Positions 17,201 to 25,352 are shown, numbered from the stretch's first letter. The stretch: DNA of 64,000 bases from Blastocatellia bacterium (GCA_035249305.1 DATFGQ010000007.1:18915-82914); one strand, 5' to 3'. The notes: generated from the sequence alone by a model not told the origin. Program-made: numbers and translations.

Positions 17201-17482
17201 GGCCGGGACGACGTACACGTCGAGGTTGCCGTTGCGGTCGCTGGAAAAGGCTATCCACCGCCCGTCGGGGGAAAAGCGCGGGTATACGTCGCGCGCCTTG
17301 TGGACGGTGATGCGGCGCAGGTTCTGGCCGTTTTCGTCCGCCGTCCACACGTCGGCCAGGTAAGTGAACGCTATGCGCCCCTGGTGGTAGTGCGGGTAAC
17401 GGACCAGCCGGGCTTCGCGCGCCGACGACTGTACGGCTGCGACTGCGATCAAGAGAGAGGCGAGCAGGTAGACTCTTTTCAT
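14222..17482 (-). CDS. tricorn protease homolog (PD40 beta-propellers + PDZ + S41 peptidase domain)
   Basis: 1086-aa ORF with a signal peptide. The N-terminus RYPHYHQGRIAFTYLADVWT and repeated SPDG(R/K)WIAF PD40 units are followed by a C-terminal tail-specific-protease-like domain. Confidence 0.9.
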   Translation of the reverse strand: MKRVYLLASLLIAVAAVQSSAREARLVRYPHYHQGRIAFTYLADVWTADENGQNLRRITVHKARDVYPRFSPDGRWIAFSSDRNGNLDVYVVPAEGGQPKQLTFHSADDSVQGWSPDSRSVLFVSNRNEDFAAKLYTVSADGGMERSAGADMAVFATYSPDGRKIAINRKAQAYWRKYYRGSNQSDVTIMDVAAGKFTDVTDFDGMDSWPMWASDGHIYFVSDREEGGLTNIWRVSEKGGKAERVTSFKTGDVRWPAMSSDGRVIMFEHDFQIWKLDVTSRKAAPVKLDVSAETQESLSEIREFNSQADDYDLAPAGRRVVFSIHGEIFTAPVEEGDLRQITDGPARDQSPEYSPDGRWIAFISDRSGREEFYIASSDGAGEPQKITDIDALKFGFSWSPNSKEFAFVASDNKLRKYVVDTKQTTELASSRYGNIGQPVWSPDGKWLAYAKPDHTRTNDVYLISASGGEERKVTFDSYSDSGPLFSPDGRKLYFIRSEGGFGSGPPQSQIYAIALEREERDPADPEERPEQAEAQEQPADGAPRRMGGPRNQPPKDVNIDWAGLKRRTRQITRMPFAIFNYSVAPDSRTIVFVTTEPAATRSIPVIYSIQEDGRRLTRITAGGAGDGDGGGPGGFGGFGGGISGLRITRDGRTLYFTEGNAIYSVPMPTTGAAAAMAGAAGAARDATRRRVNFTAKVKVDRPAEWAEMFDDAWRTMKYRFYDPQMHGKDWDSMRAKYRPLVDYVGDRQELLNIINEMIGELNASHTGAAPPPQGRSGVATAHLGLELESDEKAGRYRVTHVYEEGPADKDWVKVAAGNYLIAINGKPVRAGDNYWDLLNNRLNRKIEVTFNDKPSEDGAWRSRLEPVTMAAYNQLRYERWVRTRREMVDKLSNGRVGYVHIQAMNQPSLRRFEKELRENRNKEALVIDQRWNGGGNIEQELLAILVQRAYQVWQPRGTESALRPFAGFFGPKVVLQNWRSASNAEMFPAGFRALGLGKVIGVPTAGAVIGTGSYSLIDGSTVRTPGVGVYLADQKRTNMENYGVQPDILVDNTPEDNLAGRDRQLEVAVQELLKELSQRPTQAKKD

Positions 17483-17683
17483 GGCTTCTCCTTTTTGCGG
17501 GCGTTGGAATTTCTCTTCGAGTGCTCGTTGCCTTAGACGCTCTCGGCCACTTTGCGGTTACATTTCAAGGATTTGATTTGCTCCGCCGGCCGGGCTATGA
17601 TACCCCAGCCCGTGTCGGATGAACAAAGCGAATACCTTTAAATCGCCTTGAATCGATAGAACCGGTCAGGAGAGGAAAGCATT

Positions 17684-18466
17684 ATGAAACTCTCGAACAG
17701 GTCCAGGCTTTCGCTCGCGCTCGCCTTGTTGTTAGCCTTCGCCTTCAGCTCGCTCGCGCAGTTGGAGAAGAAACCTTTCACCGAATGGTCGGAGAAAGAA
17801 GCCGACAAGGTCTTGAACAACTCCGGGTGGGGGCAGACGCAGACCTTCACCGACACGTCTGCGCAGAAGTCTTCGATAGGCGAGGACCCGGCTACGGCGT
17901 CGAGGTCCACGGCTTCTCAAAACAGCAGCGCGACCATGGATTACGGGAACTCCGACCTTGGCGCTACTCGCGTGAGCGACGTGCCGATAGTCAATTTCCG
18001 CCTGCGGCTCTTGACCGCGCGCCCCGTGCGCGAGGCGATAGTGCGCATGCTCGCCATACGGCGCAACCAGGAGCCGGGCGCGGCGGTCTCGCCGCAGTTC
18101 CAGAAGTTCATCGACTCGGACTCTTCCGACCAGATCATCCTCGCCGTCGTCTGCGACGCGCCGAAGGTTACGACGAGCTTTCAAAAAGCGAGGACCCTGC
18201 TCCAGAACCTGACGACGGGCGAGCTGAAGCCGAACACGTTCCTGCACGTCAAGGGCGGGCCGTCGGTCCCGCTCGAAGAGTACCAGCCGCCGCGCCCCGA
18301 CGGGCTCGGCGCGCGTTTCATCTTCCCCCGCGCGATCGGGGGCAAGCCGGTCATCACGGCTGAAAACGGCGAGGTTCGTTTCTACTCGGAGCTCGGCGAC
18401 AAGTTCACGCTGAACCGAAAATTCCGCGTCAAGGAGATGATCTATCAGGGGAAGCTCGAATATTAA
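17684..18466 (+). CDS. secreted GWxTD-motif protein
   Basis: 260-aa ORF with RBS AGGAGAGG and a signal peptide. Motif region EKKPFTEWSEKEADKVLNNSGWGQTQTFTD. Paralog of the next gene, sharing the C-terminus KEMIYQGKLEY. Confidence 0.8.
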   Translation: MKLSNRSRLSLALALLLAFAFSSLAQLEKKPFTEWSEKEADKVLNNSGWGQTQTFTDTSAQKSSIGEDPATASRSTASQNSSATMDYGNSDLGATRVSDVPIVNFRLRLLTARPVREAIVRMLAIRRNQEPGAAVSPQFQKFIDSDSSDQIILAVVCDAPKVTTSFQKARTLLQNLTTGELKPNTFLHVKGGPSVPLEEYQPPRPDGLGARFIFPRAIGGKPVITAENGEVRFYSELGDKFTLNRKFRVKEMIYQGKLEY

Positions 18467-18487
18467 AACTGTCCCGGAGGAGCGATT

Positions 18488-19207
18488 ATGACAAAGAGCT
18501 GTCGTTTTTTTTCGGCCGCGGCGCTGGCCCTGCTGCTCGGCGTCTTAGGCGACGCCTCGGCCCAGATCGATAAGAAGCCTTACACGGACTGGAGCGAAAA
18601 AGAGGCCGAGAAGCTGCTTGAAAAGTCGGGCTGGGCGCAGACGCAGATATTCACGGACACTACGGGCACGTTCTCGACTGGCCCAGGCAGGACCGTCAAT
18701 TCAAGCCAGTCGCGCTCGGCCGGGATAGATCAGGTTAACTTCCACATCAGGTTCCTGTCGGCAAAGCCTGTGCGCCAGGCCATCAGCCGCATAATGGAGA
18801 TACGCCAGAAAGGCGAATTGAGCGACCAGATGGCCGCGCAGCTCAAGTCGTTCGCCACTTCGGACTTCCCCGACTTCGTCGTCGTCACCGTCACGGTCGA
18901 CGGCTCGCAGGCGCAGGGCCGGCTGCAAGAGGCTAACGCGCTGCTCAACAGGCTGACGACCGTCGATCTGAAAAACAACACGTACCTTATCGTCAAAGAC
19001 CAGCGCGTCTTCCTCGAAGAGTACCAGCCGCCGCGCAGGGACGGCCTTGGCGCGCGGTTCATCTTCCGTCGCACGATCGATGGCAAACCCGTGATTGAGG
19101 CCGAGAGCGACGAGGTCAAATTCGTCTCCGAGCTTTCGAGCGCCTACAAGCTGAACATGCGGTACAAGGTCAAGGAGATGATCTACCAGGGCAAGCTCGA
19201 ATATTGA
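18488..19207 (+). CDS. secreted GWxTD-motif protein (tandem paralog)
   Basis: 239-aa ORF with RBS GGAGG and a signal peptide. Motif region DKKPYTDWSEKEAEKLLEKSGWAQTQIFTD and C-terminus KEMIYQGKLEY. Confidence 0.8.
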   Translation: MTKSCRFFSAAALALLLGVLGDASAQIDKKPYTDWSEKEAEKLLEKSGWAQTQIFTDTTGTFSTGPGRTVNSSQSRSAGIDQVNFHIRFLSAKPVRQAISRIMEIRQKGELSDQMAAQLKSFATSDFPDFVVVTVTVDGSQAQGRLQEANALLNRLTTVDLKNNTYLIVKDQRVFLEEYQPPRRDGLGARFIFRRTIDGKPVIEAESDEVKFVSELSSAYKLNMRYKVKEMIYQGKLEY

Positions 19208-19242
19208 TCGCGCAACTGAAGGTCGGGCATACTAGGAAGCAG

Positions 19243-20244
19243 ATGATCAGGAAGCTTTTTTTAACTCTCTTAATCGTCCCGTCCCTTTTGAACCCAGGTA
19301 ATGCGAATCTCAATCAGGATTCGCCCGAGCTGGCCGAAGCGAGCCAGCTCAGCCAGAAGGTCGTCAAGCTCTACAATGAGAGAAAGTATGACGAGGCGTT
19401 GCCGCTGGCTAAACGCGCGCTTGAGCTCAGGGAGAAGGCTTTGGGGCCGGAGCACGCGCAAGTGGTCGTGGCGCTCAACAACCTGGCGCTGCTTTACATA
19501 GCCACGGGGAATTACGCCGACGCGAAATCGACTTACCAAAGGGCCATAGCCGCCGAAGAGAAATTGCACGGCGCTGACAGTCCGAAAGTGGCCGACTTCC
19601 TCGAAAGCGCCGCGTGGGCGCATTACGCCACCGGCAATGTCGGCGAAGCGACGGCGATGTTCGAGCGCGCGCTTTCGATCAGAGAAAAGGCCCTGGGGCC
19701 ATCTCACGCCGACGTTTCGTACTCGCTCTACAACCTGGCGCGGCTCCACGAGAAGATGGCCCGCCCCGAAAGAGCGCTCCCCTTCTACCGCCGCGCGTTA
19801 GAGATCAGAGAGAAAGCGCTAGGGCCGAATCACAAACAGGTAGGCGAGCTTTTGGAGAAGTACGCCTGCGCGCTCAAGCAGGCGGGCCGCGAGCAGGAGG
19901 CGGACGAGGTCGAAAAACGCGCTTACGAGATCCTGCGCGGCGACGAGCTCCGGGCGCAAAACGTCTCTGCCGTCAAGGGCAGCGTCTTGAAGGGTAGCTC
20001 TATCAGAAGGTCCGTGCCTCAGTACCCGGAAGCGGCGAGGCGGGCGAGAATGACCGGCGTGATGATCGTCGAAGTTACCGTAGACGAGACGGGCCGCGTC
20101 ATCGACGCGCGGGCCAAATGCGGGCCTGATGTCTTCGCGCCCAATTCGATAGAGGCCGCGCGCAAATGGCGGTTCACCCCGACGACCCTCAACGGAACGC
20201 CCGTCAAGGTCATAGGCACGATCACTTTTAATTTCACCCCCTAA
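19243..20244 (+). CDS. TPR-repeat protein with C-terminal TonB-type domain
   Basis: I chose the start ATG 19243, after AGGAAG, which gives the signal-like MIRKLFLTLLIVPSLL. Several TPR units of the form ALELREKALGPEH / ALSIREKALGPSH / ALEIREKALGPNH are present. The C-terminus PQYPEAARRARMTGVMIVEVTVDETGRV...VKVIGTITFNF resembles the TonB C-terminal domain. Confidence 0.8.
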   Translation: MIRKLFLTLLIVPSLLNPGNANLNQDSPELAEASQLSQKVVKLYNERKYDEALPLAKRALELREKALGPEHAQVVVALNNLALLYIATGNYADAKSTYQRAIAAEEKLHGADSPKVADFLESAAWAHYATGNVGEATAMFERALSIREKALGPSHADVSYSLYNLARLHEKMARPERALPFYRRALEIREKALGPNHKQVGELLEKYACALKQAGREQEADEVEKRAYEILRGDELRAQNVSAVKGSVLKGSSIRRSVPQYPEAARRARMTGVMIVEVTVDETGRVIDARAKCGPDVFAPNSIEAARKWRFTPTTLNGTPVKVIGTITFNFTP

Positions 20245-20270
20245 CACGGAAAAGAGGTCCAAGGTCGATT

Positions 20271-20903
20271 ATGAAGAGATTCGTTAGCTCAACGGTTAAG
20301 CTTTCCGCAATTCTTTTTATCATACTGACCGGCGCGGCGGCCGCGCACGCGCAAAAGCATGAGATAGCCATTACGTCGGGCGCGCTCAGGACGGGCGACC
20401 ACGACATAATCCTGCCCAGGCCCGGCTTCCTGCGCACGGGCACGGGCTTCACTTATCAGGTGAGCTACGCGCAGAGGTTTTTCGACGCACGCGTGGCCGC
20501 CCTCTACTTTGAAATACCGCTTACGGTCACGCCGCGCACCGAGATAGATTCTTCGAACGCGCTTTCGCCGCGCAGCTACTCGACCGTCTTCATCACGCCG
20601 GGCCTAAAGCTGAAGCTGCTGCCAGGGTCGAAGTACTCGCCATACGCCGTGGCGGGCGTCGGCTACGCGCGGTTCAACGAGAGCGAGACGAGCGTCGACA
20701 ACGAGCCGAACCCCGGCGACCGCGGGACCAACCGCGCGGCGGTGCACATAGGCGGAGGGCTTGACGTGCGCGTATTCCCGTTCGTCAGCCTCCGCGGCGA
20801 GGTGCGAGATTTCTATTCGGGCAAGCCCGAGTTCAACGCAGAGCTGTTGGGAGACCGCCAGCACAACTTCATGGTCTCGGCCGGCATAGTCTTCAGGTTT
20901 TAG
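20271..20903 (+). CDS. small outer-membrane beta-barrel protein
   Basis: 210-aa ORF with a signal peptide ending AHAQ, alternating-hydrophobicity strands, and the terminal GIVFRF with a C-terminal Phe typical of OMPs. Confidence 0.75.
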   Translation: MKRFVSSTVKLSAILFIILTGAAAAHAQKHEIAITSGALRTGDHDIILPRPGFLRTGTGFTYQVSYAQRFFDARVAALYFEIPLTVTPRTEIDSSNALSPRSYSTVFITPGLKLKLLPGSKYSPYAVAGVGYARFNESETSVDNEPNPGDRGTNRAAVHIGGGLDVRVFPFVSLRGEVRDFYSGKPEFNAELLGDRQHNFMVSAGIVFRF

Positions 20904-20922
20904 GAAGAGTGATGAAGAGAAA

Positions 20923-20955
20923 GACATGATCTACCAGGGAAAGCTCGAACACTGA
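20923..20955 (+). pseudogene. 33-nt relic of a GWxTD-gene 3' end
   Basis: GACATGATCTACCAGGGAAAGCTCGAACACTGA (DMIYQGKLEH*) matches 19175-19207 (GAGATGATCTACCAGGGCAAGCTCGAATATTGA) at 29 of 33 positions. No upstream coding body is present. Confidence 0.5.
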
Positions 20956-20959
20956 CGGA

Positions 20960-21469
20960 TCAAAATTTATTGAACTCCGGGTGATACTTGACCAGCCCTT
21001 GCCGCCCTCCGAGCGCGCCGGGCTCAAGCTCCGCGACCATGAAGTGGTCTTCGGGGACGTCGTACTCGCAAGTGATCCCTTTCAACTTGGCCGTCTGAAA
21101 CCCGAAGCGCGGGTAGTAGGCGGGGTGCCCGAGCACTACGACGACTCTGTGGCCGATCATCAAGCATTCCTTTAGTCCTTCCCAGACAAGCAGCGAGCCG
21201 ACGCCGCGGTTCTGGTATTCGGGCAGCACGGCGAGCGGCGCAAGACCCATCGCGGTGAAGAGGGACCTGTCCGACTCGATCGTGACCGGGCTGAAGAATA
21301 TGTGGCCCACCACGCGGTCGTCCTCTACGGCGACGAGCGAGATGTGAGGGTCGGCCGACGTGCGGAGCGCGGCGACGAGTCGGGCTTCGTCCGCTTGACC
21401 GAACGCGAGCTCGATAACGCGGGCGACCTGCGGGTAATCTTCTTCCTCTTCAGCGCGAACGGTTGTCAT
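20960..21469 (-). CDS. GNAT-family N-acetyltransferase
   Basis: 169-aa ORF with acetyl-CoA motif YQNRGVGSLLV. Its overall layout resembles YhbS-type GNATs. Confidence 0.85.
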   Translation of the reverse strand: MTTVRAEEEEDYPQVARVIELAFGQADEARLVAALRTSADPHISLVAVEDDRVVGHIFFSPVTIESDRSLFTAMGLAPLAVLPEYQNRGVGSLLVWEGLKECLMIGHRVVVVLGHPAYYPRFGFQTAKLKGITCEYDVPEDHFMVAELEPGALGGRQGLVKYHPEFNKF

Positions 21470-21496
21470 AGTGGTATAGTAGAAACTCTAAACCGG

Positions 21497-22546
21497 ATGA
21501 ACAAGCTTTTATGGGTTTTGGGTATCGCAATCGTCGGCACGGCGGCCGGCGTCGCCTTGGTATATCTGAGCTGGTGGGTGATCTCGCTCTACAAGATAAA
21601 GCGGGCGGGGCCTCGCCCGCTCGAAGCGCACCGCAAGACGCTGTGGCGCGACCCCGGCGAAGTCGAGCGGCTCGATTTTCGCGCGGGGCCGGGCGGGCGC
21701 GATAAGATGCCCGAGCCCCCCTTTCATTTCGTAGAAGAGCATGCGACGGGATCGAACCCATGCCTTTCGGTCAGGGACGCGCGCGGGCGCACATGGAGGG
21801 TGAAGTGGGGCGATGAAGTCCGCTCGGAAACCCTCGCGGTCCGCGTCGTATGGGCCGCCGGCTACCACGCCGAGATAACCCATTTTATCCCCGAGGGTCG
21901 CATCGAAGACGTTAAAGAGCTCACCCGCGCGCGGAGCTGCGTCGGCGACGATTGCACGTTCAAAGACGCGCGCTTCGAGCTCGACGAAAAGGGCGTGACG
22001 AAGATGTTCGACGAGCACGGCTGGGCGTGGGACGACAACCCTTTCGTAGGGACGCGCGAGCTCAACGGGCTGAAGATCCTGCTTATGCTCTTGTCGAACT
22101 GGGACAACAAAGACGTTCGCGACGTTGCGCGCGGGTCGAACACGGCGATATTTCAATACCGCCTGCCGGACGGCAGTCGCGAGGCGCGTTATTTAATCAT
22201 CGATTGGGGCGCGACCATGGGGCGGTGGGCCGCCGTGGGCTTTCGTCAGAAGTGGGACTGCGTTGCTTATGAATCTCAGAACCTTGAATTCATCAAGTCT
22301 GTCGAAGAAGACGGGACGGTCAAGTGGGGGTACATAGGCCAGAGGACCGAAGACGCGACCGAGGGGATCACGGTCGAAGACGTCAGGTGGCTCTATCGAT
22401 ACGTCGGGCGGATAACGGACGAACAACTGCGCGACGGCCTGGCGGCTAGCGGGGCCACGAGCGAAGAGGTCGAGTGTTTCACAAAGGCGATCCGCGACCG
22501 CATCAACCACCTCAAGCGCATCATCGATGAGTATCCTTATGTCTAG
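21497..22546 (+). CDS. membrane-anchored hypothetical protein with kinase-like motif order
   Basis: I chose the start ATG 21497, giving MNKLLWVLGIAIVGTAAGVALVYLSWWVI (a TM helix). The ordered motifs WRVKWG, SETLAVRVVWAAGY, LSNWDNKDVRD and IIDWGATMG resemble the Lys / Glu / catalytic-loop / DFG-like order of protein-kinase-like folds. This is inference. Confidence 0.7.
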   Translation: MNKLLWVLGIAIVGTAAGVALVYLSWWVISLYKIKRAGPRPLEAHRKTLWRDPGEVERLDFRAGPGGRDKMPEPPFHFVEEHATGSNPCLSVRDARGRTWRVKWGDEVRSETLAVRVVWAAGYHAEITHFIPEGRIEDVKELTRARSCVGDDCTFKDARFELDEKGVTKMFDEHGWAWDDNPFVGTRELNGLKILLMLLSNWDNKDVRDVARGSNTAIFQYRLPDGSREARYLIIDWGATMGRWAAVGFRQKWDCVAYESQNLEFIKSVEEDGTVKWGYIGQRTEDATEGITVEDVRWLYRYVGRITDEQLRDGLAASGATSEEVECFTKAIRDRINHLKRIIDEYPYV

Positions 22547-22553
22547 CTTTTAT

Positions 22554-23717
22554 TTACTGAGTGAGCAGAAATACATCCCAGGCCCACCTGCCGAGGTCTG
22601 CGCCCTGCATATCTCTTACTTTGGCGCGATAGCGGAACCAGTTGCCATGCTCATCTCTGCGCCTAGATTCTCTGTAATCAAGGTCTATGCGTGCGAGTCC
22701 CAGTTGTGGCAACGTGTATAACTCACTTGCCTCTGACACCCCGTTATGATTGGCATCTTGCCATAGCCGCAATGAGGGAAAGATCGAGTCGCTGTTATTT
22801 ATTCTGCCGTCATTGTTGCCGCCGTTGCTTGATCTGTCGTATTCCGCAAGCGCGAGAAATCCGTTTGGATCGGAAGAGGGGGGCTGAAGGGTGAAGTTTC
22901 CAAACAACTCCCGGCCATTTTCTATAAGGCCATTACCATTTCGATCCAAAGCCAGCCATGCGTCATCTGTGTTTATGGAAGTCCAAGAAAGCATTTCTGA
23001 CACGCCATTGCCATCAATATCAAACGTCACTCCGCTGTCGGCGCCAGTGAGGTCAAAGCCGTCTCCTGAAATATCTATCACAATGGGGCTCGACGTTGTG
23101 GTACACCTACAGCAAGTGCGGCACCAGGTCTGCCCGACGGGGCAATCGGGGAACCCACCACTCACGCAATCATCAGGGTTTCTAGGAGGATTGCAATCCA
23201 ATTGACTTTGCGGGCAACCTGTCGTAGCGGTGGTGCAAGTTCGCCTTTGTACTCTCGCAACGGGATTGCTAAAGCTACATCCGTCAAATACTCGGTACGG
23301 TCTACAAATTAAATTTCCACAATTGTCTGTATGACTGTTGACGCTAGACGAAGCAACAAGCTGTTCGATATAGCCATTCCCGACAGTAGGGCATGAAAAC
23401 GCCGGCCAGCAGTATTGATGCCCGTTACTGCCGCAACAGCCGGTCTGTGTAAAAAGACATTCGCCGCCGACAGAAACATTAAACTCAGAGGTTCTATTAT
23501 CTGGCCAGAAAACGGTCCAGGTGGAGTCCTTCGTTATGGGCGTCTCCGGCGCGGTATAAACAGCGCCGCACCCGCCGGGCGGGCTGAAGGTATCAATAGG
23601 AAAGGGGTCAAACCCCGGAGTACAAGGTGGAACGGGCGAGGGCGCGAAACATTGACCGCTCGCACGGCTAGTATAAATGCAGAGAAGGATCGCCAGAAGA
23701 ACGCCACAATATAGCAT
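22554..23717 (-). CDS. secreted protein: Cys-rich N-terminal half plus Asp/Asn-rich calcium-binding-like C-terminal half
   Basis: 387-aa ORF with a signal peptide. There are more than 20 Cys in the first 215 aa or so. The C-terminal half has DxDxNG-type loops (DIDGNGVSE, LDRNGNGLIENGRELFG, WQDANHNGVSEASEL), as found in secreted Ca-binding domains. The gene is low-GC. Confidence 0.75.
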   Translation of the reverse strand: MLYCGVLLAILLCIYTSRASGQCFAPSPVPPCTPGFDPFPIDTFSPPGGCGAVYTAPETPITKDSTWTVFWPDNRTSEFNVSVGGECLFTQTGCCGSNGHQYCWPAFSCPTVGNGYIEQLVASSSVNSHTDNCGNLICRPYRVFDGCSFSNPVARVQRRTCTTATTGCPQSQLDCNPPRNPDDCVSGGFPDCPVGQTWCRTCCRCTTTSSPIVIDISGDGFDLTGADSGVTFDIDGNGVSEMLSWTSINTDDAWLALDRNGNGLIENGRELFGNFTLQPPSSDPNGFLALAEYDRSSNGGNNDGRINNSDSIFPSLRLWQDANHNGVSEASELYTLPQLGLARIDLDYRESRRRDEHGNWFRYRAKVRDMQGADLGRWAWDVFLLTQ

Positions 23718-23761
23718 TGAGAAGTGAGAATCTTTACTCCAAGTCAGGAAGAACTCCTCGG

Positions 23762-24637
23762 CTATTGAATTATCTTTCCCCTAGAGCGAGTCTGCCTTTC
23801 AGACCTCTCCAGATAAGTCTTCAGACCAGTTATCTTCTCCCTGGTGTATTTTACTAATTGGCTTAACGCTTCTCTTGTGGCTTTGCCAGACTTCTGTTTT
23901 ATGTTATCAATGTGGTGTGACATTATTTTTTCTGTGTGCTCAATTCCGAGCTTGACCCACATCGGTAATGCATCACCTGTTGACTTTCCCGAATAAGAAA
24001 ACAGACTGGTCTTTGCGGCATCTATCTCTTGTACCAGCCTCTCGTCACTGACGTTCAAGGTGCTGTCAAGCACCCCAAGCGTATAGTCCATTTGTATTTC
24101 TTGACCAATCCGGTAGTCGTGTAGTTCATTAATAACATTCTGATTGCCGTCGCTTGTCCCATCATCGAAGAGGACGGCATGAATGACAAGGCCGCGCGAT
24201 TCTATTTCATTATTGGCAGCAAGCAACCACATAATTTCTCTTAAAGCGCCCGGGGCAATGCTCTCATCATAAGTGGCTAACATAGAATCTTTTACCTCCG
24301 ACGTGATGCCGAGGGAAATCTGATAAGCTGTAATCTTTTTATCAGTATTATTCATAAGCGTTAGCTTTATGTGGCCTGCCGGTGTTTTTTCAATTCCCTG
24401 AATCGCGAAGGCAGAGGTTTGATTGTCGATCTTTAAGTCTTCAACCTTAAAAGTCTCTTTGAGTTTTGCCGACAGTTGCATAAGCTCTTGTTTCTTAAGC
24501 TCATTGCGGCTTGAAGGCTCTTGTATATTTTTCCCCTCCAGGCGAACAGTATATATAGCTAGCAAGGCTAGGAAGAATAAAATAGTGGCAATAACGATGG
24601 GACGTGACCCCTGAGACAGGGGATTACGCTTTTTCAT
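23762..24637 (-). CDS. hypothetical membrane-anchored protein
   Basis: 291-aa ORF with an N-terminal TM helix (IVIATILFFLALLAIYTV). Low GC, about 43% in a hand-counted line. No family recognised. Confidence 0.6.
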   Translation of the reverse strand: MKKRNPLSQGSRPIVIATILFFLALLAIYTVRLEGKNIQEPSSRNELKKQELMQLSAKLKETFKVEDLKIDNQTSAFAIQGIEKTPAGHIKLTLMNNTDKKITAYQISLGITSEVKDSMLATYDESIAPGALREIMWLLAANNEIESRGLVIHAVLFDDGTSDGNQNVINELHDYRIGQEIQMDYTLGVLDSTLNVSDERLVQEIDAAKTSLFSYSGKSTGDALPMWVKLGIEHTEKIMSHHIDNIKQKSGKATREALSQLVKYTREKITGLKTYLERSERQTRSRGKIIQ

Positions 24638-24807
24638 AGGAATTGCTCCTTCTGTAAAGACCGGTTATGTATTGCTGAAAAGCGCGGCTTCGTGATGTCA
24701 ATGCTTCTGAACCACTTGTACGCCTCTTAAACATGTCTGTCAACAAAATAATTTTCATTACATTCAATGGTAAGGTATGATTTACCTCTCTGCGGCGGGC
24801 GTCTAGC

Positions 24808-25323
24808 TTACTGGCGGGCAAAATCCTTCGGGTCAAACTCGTTGAAGAACCAGTCTAAGAGCGGCTCGTGGCCCCAGGCCGTGTACCAGCCGTACTTCAT
24901 CATCTCCTCATACGCCTGCTGCTTTGTCCAGCCTTGATCCGTCACGCGGTAGACCGCGACCAAAGTCCCCGTCCGGTGTCTGCCCCCGCGACAGTGGACG
25001 AAGATCGCGCCCCGCTCGTCGGCCGTGCGGACGTAGTCGAGCCACTCTTTGACGCGCGCGGCCGTCGGAGTGTCTTTGTCGGAAAACGGTATGTGTCGCC
25101 ACTCCGTTATTCCCGCCGCGAGCGCGCGCTGGCGGTCTTCGCGGCTCTCGGTTTCGATCATGCTGCAAACCCTGCGCACGCCGAGCTTCTCGGAAAGCGC
25201 GCGGTAGCCTTCCCTGTCGGGCAGCGCGCCTCTGTAGATTGTCTCTGTGACTTTTCCGAAGTTCCTGATAGGAATGTTACGGTCGTTCTTGGTTTGCGAC
25301 TTAGTCCACTGTATCAACCACAC
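24808..25323 (-). CDS. protein tyrosine / dual-specificity phosphatase
   Basis: 171-aa ORF with the CX5R P-loop VHCRGGRHRTG. Confidence 0.85.
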   Translation of the reverse strand: MWLIQWTKSQTKNDRNIPIRNFGKVTETIYRGALPDREGYRALSEKLGVRRVCSMIETESREDRQRALAAGITEWRHIPFSDKDTPTAARVKEWLDYVRTADERGAIFVHCRGGRHRTGTLVAVYRVTDQGWTKQQAYEEMMKYGWYTAWGHEPLLDWFFNEFDPKDFARQ

Positions 25324-25352
25324 TGGTTCGACCTCAGAATCTTTTTCACAAG

